A stretch of DNA of 64,000 nucleotides from an uncultured Anaerolineaceae bacterium. GTDB lineage: Bacteria > Chloroflexota > Limnocylindria > Limnocylindrales > CSP1-4. Below, in pieces: positions 54,539 through 61,879 of this stretch. The stretch lies in the NCBI GenBank assembly GCA_964579825.1, contig CAZOHT010000011.1:9220-73219 (forward strand), written 5' to 3'. The notes under the pieces were generated by a model, which saw nothing but the letters and a program-made list of their open reading frames with translations, had not been told where the DNA came from and made no database searches. The stretch's first letter is position 1; the number at the start of each line of letters is the position of its first letter. The translations under genes and the position numbers were made by a program.

Positions 54539-55423
54539 ATGACGACGGCTCCGAGCCCGCCGAGCGGCATCCTCTTCTTCGTTCACGGCGCCAACGAGAC
54601 GTCCGGCGGGCTGGCCGGTCACGTCGCCCGGATCGAGGACCAGGTCCGGGCTCGTGGCTGGGACGTGACCGTCGTCGCGCCCGAATGGCGCCGTCACTCC
54701 GGCCTGCGACTCGGCAACTGGAAGGCCGCGATCCACCGCCGCGGCCGACCGTCACCCATGCCGATGCCGATCCTGAAGGCCGGCATCCGCAGGGACGCCG
54801 TCATGAAGATCGTGACGAACTATTTCGAGGACCGGCGGGAAGCGCTGTTCGATGTCATCGGGCCCCAGATGCTGGCCGACGTCATCGGCTATCACAGCCA
54901 CCGAGCCTCGATCCACGCCTACCTGCGGGACCAGCTGCTCGAGGCGAAGGTCGCCGCGGGGGATCGGCCGGTCCTGCCGGTCGCCCTGAGCCTCGGCGGG
55001 ATCGCGCTCGTGGACCTGCTCGGGTCGTGGCCGGAGGCACCGGTCGAGGCGTGCGTGACGGTCGGGTCGCAGGCACCCCTGCTCTACGCGTTCGATGCCA
55101 TCCCGTCCATGCCGTACGACGAGGCCGACCCGCCCCACCTCGCCGTTCCGTGGCTGAACGTCTATGACAGCCGCGACTTCCTGTCGTTCCTCGCCGAGCC
55201 GCTGTTCCGGCGGCGCGACGGCCTGGCGAGCGTCGTCGACCTGCGGGTCCGCGGCGGCAAGGACTTCCCGCGGTCGCACAGCGCGTATTGGGAGATCCCG
55301 GCCGTGTGGGACGCGATCGCGACGGCCTTCACTTGGACCCGGACCGAGCCACTCACCGTGCGCGAGGCACGGAAGCTCGGGTTCGAGGCACGCAAGGCGC
55401 CGGTCGCTCCCGCGTCCGACTAG
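54539..55423 (+). CDS. Alpha/beta-hydrolase-like protein of unknown function
   Basis: ILFFVHGANETSGG and PVALSLGGIALVDLL (GxSxG-like LSLGG). ATG at 54539 is in the track frame. Confidence 0.55.
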   Translation: MTTAPSPPSGILFFVHGANETSGGLAGHVARIEDQVRARGWDVTVVAPEWRRHSGLRLGNWKAAIHRRGRPSPMPMPILKAGIRRDAVMKIVTNYFEDRREALFDVIGPQMLADVIGYHSHRASIHAYLRDQLLEAKVAAGDRPVLPVALSLGGIALVDLLGSWPEAPVEACVTVGSQAPLLYAFDAIPSMPYDEADPPHLAVPWLNVYDSRDFLSFLAEPLFRRRDGLASVVDLRVRGGKDFPRSHSAYWEIPAVWDAIATAFTWTRTEPLTVREARKLGFEARKAPVAPASD

Positions 55424-55531
55424 GGAGGCGACAGCTTCCCTGCCTCGGTATGCTTGGCGGACGGCTCGGTGCTCGTGGATGGGCCGCCCTGGGTCATCGC
55501 TCCCTTCGTTCCAACCTGGAGGATCATCATC

Positions 55532-55795
55532 GTGGACGTGCAGCGCGACGCCGCCCGGCTGGCTTCCATCGCGACCGTGTTCGTCTGGGTCGGATGGATC
55601 TCGATCATCTACGCCCTGATCGCGGGCCTGTTCTGGTGGATCGACCTGGCCAGTCGGCCGGCGTTCGACTTCCTCGAGTCGTTGGCCATCTCGGCCGCCG
55701 CGATCGGCGTCCCGCTGTTCCTGGCGCTCATCGTCGCGGCCCTGGGTCATGCGCTTCGGCTGTTCGCCCTGTACGTCGCGAGCAAGTCGCAGTAG
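55532..55795 (+). CDS. Small membrane protein (2-3 TM helices)
   Basis: GTG at 55532 lies 8 nt after GGAGGA. Hydrophobic segments include IATVFVWVGWISIIYALIAGLFWWI and AAIGVPLFLALIVAALG. The track start at 55454 remains possible. Confidence 0.5.
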   Translation: MDVQRDAARLASIATVFVWVGWISIIYALIAGLFWWIDLASRPAFDFLESLAISAAAIGVPLFLALIVAALGHALRLFALYVASKSQ

Positions 55796-55815
55796 CCGCG
55801 CGCAGGCGTTCGCCG

Positions 55816-57291
55816 ATGAAGACTCGATGGCTCGCGGCGTGTGCCGCGATCGCCCTGGTCGTGGCCGGCTGCTCGTCGGGTGGATCGGCCGAGGATGGCA
55901 CGGAAGGCAACGGCGGTGAGCTGCAGTCCGCCCACTGGGTCCTCGAAAGCTACGCCGTCGACGGCGCGCTGACCGTCGTCCCGGAAGGCCTGTACGCCGA
56001 TGCGGAGTTCACGGCCAACCGAGTGAAGGGCTTCGCCGGCTGCAACGACTACGACGCCGTCTATCGCGCCGCCGGTCGGATGCTCCTGGTGGGCATGCCG
56101 AAGATGACCCTGGCGTTCTGTTCCGAGACCATCAACGCCTTCGAGTCGTCGTTCGTCAGCCTGCTCCAGCAGAGTCGCTTCTACAGCGTTCGCGCCGGCT
56201 CCCTGGTCGTGCGCGGCCCGGATCGCGCCGTCCTGCTCGTGTTCGAGGCGGCGCCGGCCAACCCGCTGCTGGGTTCGTGGGTCGTGGATTCCTACGGCGA
56301 CGGCGCCGGGACGGTCACCGCACCCCTTCCCGACACGGAGCTGACCGTCGTCTTCCGCCTCGCCCGGGTCTCCGGCTCGGCCGGCTGCAACACGTTCCAG
56401 GGCTCGTACACGACGAACGGGAACGTCGCGGCCATCGGACCCCTCGCGACGACCCGGCTGATCTGTGCCGAGGATCTCATGGTGCAGGAAGCGGCGTTCC
56501 TGACGGCGCTCCAGGGCGTCGCCTCGGTCGAGTCCCGGGGCCAGACCCTCCAGCTCCAGGACCGGAGCGGCACGACCCTCGTGGGCCTCGTGCGACCGTC
56601 GGCACTGGAGCCGTCCGCCAGCCCGAGCCTGGCGCCGACCCCTAGCGCGAGTCCGGCCCCGAGCGACGCGCCATCCGCGGCTCCGAGCGCCGAGCCGAGC
56701 GCGACGCCAACGCCCACGCCCAAGCCCACGGCTGCACCGACGGCCGCGCCAAGCCCGTCAGCGGCACCCACGATCGAACCGCCCCCGTCGTTGCCGCCCG
56801 TCGCCACGTGCGACCTGACCGTCAGCGATCCGCCGATCACGGTGGCGACGCTCGTCTACCCGGCCGACTGGTTCACGCTCACGGAGCCACCTGTCCAGGC
56901 GTGCCGCTACTACGACCCGGTGCCCATCGAGGTCCCCGCCGATCCGGCCACCCTGTCGACGGCGGTCATGGTCAAGGCGGACCCAGCCGGGACCTATGAC
57001 GCGGCCCTCGCCGCGGCCACGGACCCGGCGAACTGGACGGTCACGACCAACGAGCCGGTCACGATCTCCGGTCTGCCCGCGACCCGGATCCAGGCGACGT
57101 CCTTGACCGACGCTGCAGGCCTTCCGATCGGGACGACCCGCTACCAATACCTCATCGATGTCGGCGGATACCCGGTCTGGATCGAGACGACCGGGACCCT
57201 GGGCGATCCCACGTTCGCCACGAACTCGTCCGTCGTGGACCTGATGGCCTCGCAGTCGACGTTCCCGATCCCGGTGGCCGTGCCCCTGTGA
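55816..57291 (+). CDS. Lipoprotein with two META (HslJ-like) domains, a Pro/Ser/Ala linker and an unassigned C-terminal domain
   Basis: ATG at 55816 is in the track frame. Lipobox VVAGC. The two META-like units are WVLESY...RVKGFAGCNDY and WVVDSY...RVSGSAGCNTF. Confidence 0.75.
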   Translation: MKTRWLAACAAIALVVAGCSSGGSAEDGTEGNGGELQSAHWVLESYAVDGALTVVPEGLYADAEFTANRVKGFAGCNDYDAVYRAAGRMLLVGMPKMTLAFCSETINAFESSFVSLLQQSRFYSVRAGSLVVRGPDRAVLLVFEAAPANPLLGSWVVDSYGDGAGTVTAPLPDTELTVVFRLARVSGSAGCNTFQGSYTTNGNVAAIGPLATTRLICAEDLMVQEAAFLTALQGVASVESRGQTLQLQDRSGTTLVGLVRPSALEPSASPSLAPTPSASPAPSDAPSAAPSAEPSATPTPTPKPTAAPTAAPSPSAAPTIEPPPSLPPVATCDLTVSDPPITVATLVYPADWFTLTEPPVQACRYYDPVPIEVPADPATLSTAVMVKADPAGTYDAALAAATDPANWTVTTNEPVTISGLPATRIQATSLTDAAGLPIGTTRYQYLIDVGGYPVWIETTGTLGDPTFATNSSVVDLMASQSTFPIPVAVPL

Positions 57292-57368
57292 CGGTCGGGC
57301 CGCCCACGCCCTGACCTGCTGGGGCGACACGGAGCCGAGCCGGGTCGGCGGGGTAGAAGGAGGGTTCG

Positions 57369-57842
57369 ATGACGGACGCGACCGCGACACCGGCACTTCC
57401 GGCAGGCGCAGACCAGTTCGACTTCTGGGTCGGCGACTGGGATGTCCGCTGGGGCGATGGCCTGAGCGGCACGAACCACGTTCGGAAGGTCCTCGGCGGC
57501 CGGGTCGTCCAGGAGGATTTCGATGGCGAGCGGGACGCGCAGCTCCGCGGCCTGAGCGTCTCCGTCTGCGGGATGGATGGCCGCTGGCGCCAGACCTGGG
57601 TCGACGACAACGGCGCGTATCTGCATTTCGTCGGCGGCTGGGAGGCGGAGTCGAGCGATCCGGCGGAGCCGGGCCCCCGGATGGTGCTCGTCCACTCGCG
57701 CGAGATCGAAGGCAAGCCGGTCCAGCTTCGGATGGTCTGGAGCGACATCGAACCGGACTCGCTCACCTGGCGCTGGCAGCGCTCCGATGACGATGGAGCG
57801 ACCTGGGCGACGAACTGGGAGCTCGCCTACCGACGGCGCTGA
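57369..57842 (+). CDS. Conserved-looking hypothetical protein (157 aa)
   Basis: The start lies after GAAGGAGGG. The N-terminal FDFWVGDWDV motif and the beta-rich sequence suggest a barrel fold. The family is not confidently recognised. Confidence 0.5.
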   Translation: MTDATATPALPAGADQFDFWVGDWDVRWGDGLSGTNHVRKVLGGRVVQEDFDGERDAQLRGLSVSVCGMDGRWRQTWVDDNGAYLHFVGGWEAESSDPAEPGPRMVLVHSREIEGKPVQLRMVWSDIEPDSLTWRWQRSDDDGATWATNWELAYRRR

Positions 57843-57875
57843 GGCTGCCATCGTTCGGTCATCGCCGGTCGGCCC

Positions 57876-58541
57876 TCAGCGGTCGGGCTGGGACGGGTCG
57901 GCTAGCAGCAGGCGCTCCAGCGTCTCGGCATACCAGCGGGCGAATCGTTCCGTTGTCCAGCCCCGATCGATGACCAGCAGTCGATAGGTCTCGGGGCTGC
58001 CGATCGCGTACAGCGTGTCCGCGGCCATGTCGAGATCCAGGCCGTCACGCAGCCGTGAGGAGCCGATCACCATGCCCAGCAGGGCTCGCTGACCGGCGAG
58101 CCGCTGCGCCTTTCCGACGTCGCGAAGGGCGGCGATCTCCGGGTCCGACGCGGCCGCCGCGGAGACGACGCCGTCGATGGCGGCGCGGCGGGCGAGCAGC
58201 GCGGCCCCGTTCGAGGCCAGGATCGCGAGTCGTCGCCGGATGTCCGGCTCGGTCCGCAGCTCCGTGACCCAGGCCTGGTCCATGACCGGCGGAGCATCGG
58301 GGTCACCCGCGATCGCCACGTCCACGACTTCGCCCAGGAGGGCCCGCTTCGTCCCGAATGTCGAGTAGATGGTCTCGGGGGCGACGTCCGCGCGCTCCGC
58401 GATCGCGTTGACGCTCGTGGCGACGTAGCCGCGCTCGAGGAACAGCTCCCGGGCCGCTTCGAGCATGCGAGTCCGGGTCACGCGCGCCCGGGCCCGGCGG
58501 CGTGCGTAGTCGACCGTGCCCGGCTTGACAGGTTCGCTCAC
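57876..58541 (-). CDS. TetR-family transcriptional regulator
   Basis: The N-terminal HTH is MLEAARELFLERGYVATSVNAIAERADVAPETIYSTFGTK. Confidence 0.9.
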   Translation of the reverse strand: MSEPVKPGTVDYARRRARARVTRTRMLEAARELFLERGYVATSVNAIAERADVAPETIYSTFGTKRALLGEVVDVAIAGDPDAPPVMDQAWVTELRTEPDIRRRLAILASNGAALLARRAAIDGVVSAAAASDPEIAALRDVGKAQRLAGQRALLGMVIGSSRLRDGLDLDMAADTLYAIGSPETYRLLVIDRGWTTERFARWYAETLERLLLADPSQPDR

Positions 58542-58565
58542 GTCAGTACAGTACCACTAGGTCGA

Positions 58566-58580
58566 TACAGTGACACTGTA
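58566..58580. promoter_or_regulatory. Perfect 15-bp palindrome, candidate TetR operator
   Basis: TACAGTGACACTGTA lies in the 72-nt gap between the tetR-like gene and the divergent 96-aa gene. Confidence 0.5.
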
Positions 58581-58613
58581 GTCACTGGTCGGCACCATCC
58601 GGAGGCGGACGCC

Positions 58614-58904
58614 ATGACCATCATCCACATCGAGCATCCCGTCCGTGACTTCGATGCGTGGAAGGCCGCCTTCGACAGCGACCCGATCGGTCGCGAGGCC
58701 GGTGGCGTTCGCCGGTATCGCGTCTACCGCTCGATCGTCGACCCGAACGACGTGGCCATCGACCTCGAGTTCGACGACCGTGCGACCGCCGAGTCGTTCC
58801 GGGTGGCCCTGGACCGAATGTGGACGCTGCCGATGGCCGTCGCCGCCTTGGGCGGCTCGCCAAACGCGCGGCTGGTGGACGTGGTCGACGAGCGCGCCTA
58901 CTGA
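58614..58904 (+). CDS. Small hypothetical protein (96 aa), possibly a ferredoxin-like (Dabb) fold
   Basis: The start lies after GGAGG. No catalytic motif recognised. Confidence 0.5.
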   Translation: MTIIHIEHPVRDFDAWKAAFDSDPIGREAGGVRRYRVYRSIVDPNDVAIDLEFDDRATAESFRVALDRMWTLPMAVAALGGSPNARLVDVVDERAY

Positions 58905-58958
58905 CGGGCGAAGGCCCCGCCCCGTCCGGGCGGCTAGGATGCCGGCAGGAGGTATCGA

Positions 58959-59342
58959 ATGGCATCTTGGCCGGCCGGCATCAGCGCCATCACGTTGTTC
59001 GTCGAGGACCTGGCGACGACGAGGCAGTTCTACCTGGACGTCTTCGCGTTGCCCGTCCACTACCAGGACGACGTGTCGTGCGTCTTCGACTTCGACGGGA
59101 CCCTCGTCAACCTCCTGCAGGCGACCGAAGCACCCGAGTTGATCGAGCCGGCGCGCGTCGCATCACCCGATGCCGGCGCCCGACTGCAGTTCACGATCAC
59201 CGTGGACGACGTGGACGCGGTGTGCGATCGCCTGGTCTCTCGCGGCGTCACCCTCCTGAACGGCCCGATCGACCGGCCGTGGGGCGTCCGGACGGCCTGT
59301 TTCGCCGATCCGGCCGGTCACCTCTGGGAGATCGCCAAGTAG
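58959..59342 (+). CDS. VOC-family (glyoxalase/bleomycin-resistance) protein
   Basis: 127 aa. The C-terminus CFADPAGHLWEIA is typical of VOC proteins. Confidence 0.85.
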   Translation: MASWPAGISAITLFVEDLATTRQFYLDVFALPVHYQDDVSCVFDFDGTLVNLLQATEAPELIEPARVASPDAGARLQFTITVDDVDAVCDRLVSRGVTLLNGPIDRPWGVRTACFADPAGHLWEIAK

Positions 59343-59349
59343 CGCTTCG

Positions 59350-59709
59350 CTACATCTCCATCGGGGTCATGAGCTGGAAGTAGTTGCCGTCGGGGTCCTC
59401 GAACGTGGCGATCCACGCGTCCGGGTAGCCGTCGAAGCTGTAGGGCTCCGTCACGACGATCGCGCCGGCGGCCTTCATGCGATCGAAGTCGCCCTGGACG
59501 TCCTTGGTCTCGATGTTCCAGATGAGCCGGCCGGGGCTCGCGCTGCGGCCATGGACCTCGGAGTGCGCGCCGATGTTGACCCAGCCCGAGCCTAGCTGCC
59601 AGCCGGCATAGCTGTCGTCGGTGTACGTCGGTTCGCCGAGCACCTTCGTGTAGTACTCGACCAGCGCGTCCTTGTTGTCGGTGCCGATCAGGATGCTGTT
59701 GAAGTCCAT
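59350..59709 (-). CDS. VOC-family protein
   Basis: ATG at 59709 lies after AAGGAGG and is in the track frame. The C-terminus is FEDPDGNYFQLM. Confidence 0.8.
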   Translation of the reverse strand: MDFNSILIGTDNKDALVEYYTKVLGEPTYTDDSYAGWQLGSGWVNIGAHSEVHGRSASPGRLIWNIETKDVQGDFDRMKAAGAIVVTEPYSFDGYPDAWIATFEDPDGNYFQLMTPMEM

Positions 59710-59779
59710 GGGCGTGCCTCCTTGCGGTCCAGTGTGCACCCGGGCGGTTGCGTCGGTATCGCAGGACCGCGCGGTGTCG

Positions 59780-60565
59780 TTACCCGGCAGCCCCAAGGGC
59801 GGCGACGGCCGCCGATGCGCCGGATTCGATGGGATCGCCGTGGCCGACCAGCAGGGTCTCGAACGACAGCTCGCCGAGCTTGACGATCGACTGCTTGGCG
59901 AGGTCCATGTCTTCGGTGAACTGGGCGCCGGGCAGGGTGGGCTTGCCACCGCTCGTGCCGAGGGCGTCGCCTGCGACCAGGAGGCCACTGGCCGGGTCGA
60001 GGACGGAGATGCTGCCCGCCGTGTGGCCCGGGGTGCCGACGATCGTCAGGCCGAAGACCTCGTCGCCGTCGGTCACCTCGGTCAGCGGGCGGGGATCCGG
60101 GATGAACGGGACGTCTTCGGCGCCGGCGTAGCCCAGAGCCCAGGGAGCGCGTTCGAGCACATCGGCGACGCTCCCGGCGTGGTCGCCGTGGCGGTGGGTG
60201 ACGATCAGGTGGCCGACGGCGGACCAGTCGAGGCCAACGGCGAAGAGCGACTCCTCGATGGCGTCCGCGCTCCCCTCGACGCCGGTATCGATGATGACGG
60301 CCCGATCGTCGCGGCTGAGGATGTAGGCCGAGACGAAGCCGAGGTTCACGCGCTCCCACGCGACGCCCGCCCTGGCAGAGGGTGGCCGGCTCGGTGGACT
60401 GCTCGCGCCGGCGGACGGATCCGGGGCCGCCGGGGCCGACGGCTTCGACGACGGCACGGTCGCCGGTAGGCAGCCGGCGATGCCGACCAATGCCAGGACG
60501 AAGGCGCCGCGACCCAGGTCCGTGAGCAAGGTGCGTCGGTGGATCGGGGTCGTGAAGGGATCCAT
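59780..60565 (-). CDS. MBL-fold metallo-hydrolase, exported lipoprotein
   Basis: THRHGDHAG metal motif. The N-terminus has an RRTLL Tat-like motif and the lipobox IAGC. Confidence 0.85.
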   Translation of the reverse strand: MDPFTTPIHRRTLLTDLGRGAFVLALVGIAGCLPATVPSSKPSAPAAPDPSAGASSPPSRPPSARAGVAWERVNLGFVSAYILSRDDRAVIIDTGVEGSADAIEESLFAVGLDWSAVGHLIVTHRHGDHAGSVADVLERAPWALGYAGAEDVPFIPDPRPLTEVTDGDEVFGLTIVGTPGHTAGSISVLDPASGLLVAGDALGTSGGKPTLPGAQFTEDMDLAKQSIVKLGELSFETLLVGHGDPIESGASAAVAALGAAG

Positions 60566-60735
60566 GGGCCCAGTATCGACGTTCCCGTCGAATCGTCGAC
60601 TGCGAGGCTCACGGGGTGTTCACCTGCCTAGCGAGACCAGGCATCGATGCCGTGGAGCCCGACGTCAGACGCGATCGAGGGGTAGCGACAGCCCGACGAA
60701 GATGGCACCATCGTCCGATCCTCGGAGGAGGTTCG

Positions 60736-61815
60736 ATGCGCCGCTCCGTCCTCGTTCCCCTCGCGTTGGTCGCGGTCCTCGCGGCATGCGGTGGTCCGGC
60801 CGCGGGATCGCCGAGCGTGCAGGCGACGCCATCGGCGCCGGCTTCGACTGCTCCGACCACCTCGGCCACCGCAAGCTCGTCACCGAGCCAGGCTGGGACA
60901 CCGCTCGCCGGCCGCATCGAGGCTGAGATCGCCGTCCCCGGTGCACCGGACTGGCCGCTCGCCGTGTTCGGTTCGATCTGGGTCCTTGCCCCGGACCTGC
61001 CGATCCAGACCGGAGAAGGCACGCCGAACCTGGTCCGGATCGACCCCGCCACGAACGAGGTGGTGGCGACGATCGCGCTTCCCGACCGCCTGTGCCAGGG
61101 TCATGTCGCGAGCGACGACGACATCTGGGTCTGCGCGGTCGATGCGCTCCACCGGATCGACCCCGCCACGAACAAGATCGCTTCAAGCGTGCCCGTCAAG
61201 GGCGCCCAGACGTTCTACCAGCCCGCGTTCGGTGGCGGGATGATCTGGGCGCTCGGCAGTACCTCGCTGGTGGGCGACACCGTGATCCGGCTCGATCCCG
61301 CGACGGAGGAGACGACGAGCTTCCCGGTGTCCGCGTCCGTCGGCGGGATGGCCTACGGCTTCGACGCCCTGTGGCTGGCGTTCCCGGGGGAGGGGACGGT
61401 GGTCCGGTTGGACCCGGCGACCGGGGCGACCGAGGTGGTCGCGTCCGGCCTGGTGTCGCCGAAGAGCATCGTCATCGGCTCGGACAGCCTGTGGGTCTCC
61501 CTCCACGGCGACCCCGAGGATCAGGCGCGACCCGGTGATCCCCAGGTCGCTCGCATCGACCCGGCGACCGGCGACATTCTCGCGGAGATCGAGATCGGCG
61601 GGTCACCGCAACTCGGCGTCGAGCTCTGGGCCGACGACGAGGAGGTGCTGGTTCGAAGCACGACCCCATGGCTGGCGCGGATCGACCCGGCCACCAACGA
61701 GGTCGTGGCGTCGTTCACGCACGAGCCCGCGGTCCACGGTCCCCTGGCGGTCGACTTCGGCTCGATCTGGACGATCGCCATCGAACGCGACGTGGTCTAC
61801 CGCATCAAGCCCTGA
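60736..61815 (+). CDS. Lipoprotein with about 7 beta-propeller-like repeats
   Basis: ATG at 60736 lies after GGAGGAGG. Lipobox LAAC. The repeated motif is [LV]xR[IL]DPAT (six copies) plus a terminal VYRIKP. Confidence 0.7.
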   Translation: MRRSVLVPLALVAVLAACGGPAAGSPSVQATPSAPASTAPTTSATASSSPSQAGTPLAGRIEAEIAVPGAPDWPLAVFGSIWVLAPDLPIQTGEGTPNLVRIDPATNEVVATIALPDRLCQGHVASDDDIWVCAVDALHRIDPATNKIASSVPVKGAQTFYQPAFGGGMIWALGSTSLVGDTVIRLDPATEETTSFPVSASVGGMAYGFDALWLAFPGEGTVVRLDPATGATEVVASGLVSPKSIVIGSDSLWVSLHGDPEDQARPGDPQVARIDPATGDILAEIEIGGSPQLGVELWADDEEVLVRSTTPWLARIDPATNEVVASFTHEPAVHGPLAVDFGSIWTIAIERDVVYRIKP

Positions 61816-61827
61816 GCGTGGGGAATC

Positions 61828-61861
61828 AGAAGGGCCCCAGAGGCGACTCCGAGGCCCTTCT
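61828..61861. terminator. Hairpin between convergent genes
   Basis: AGAAGGGCC (61828..61836) pairs with GGCCCTTCT (61853..61861), with a 16-nt loop. Confidence 0.35.
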
Positions 61862-61879
61862 CTCAGGTACGGACCGGGA

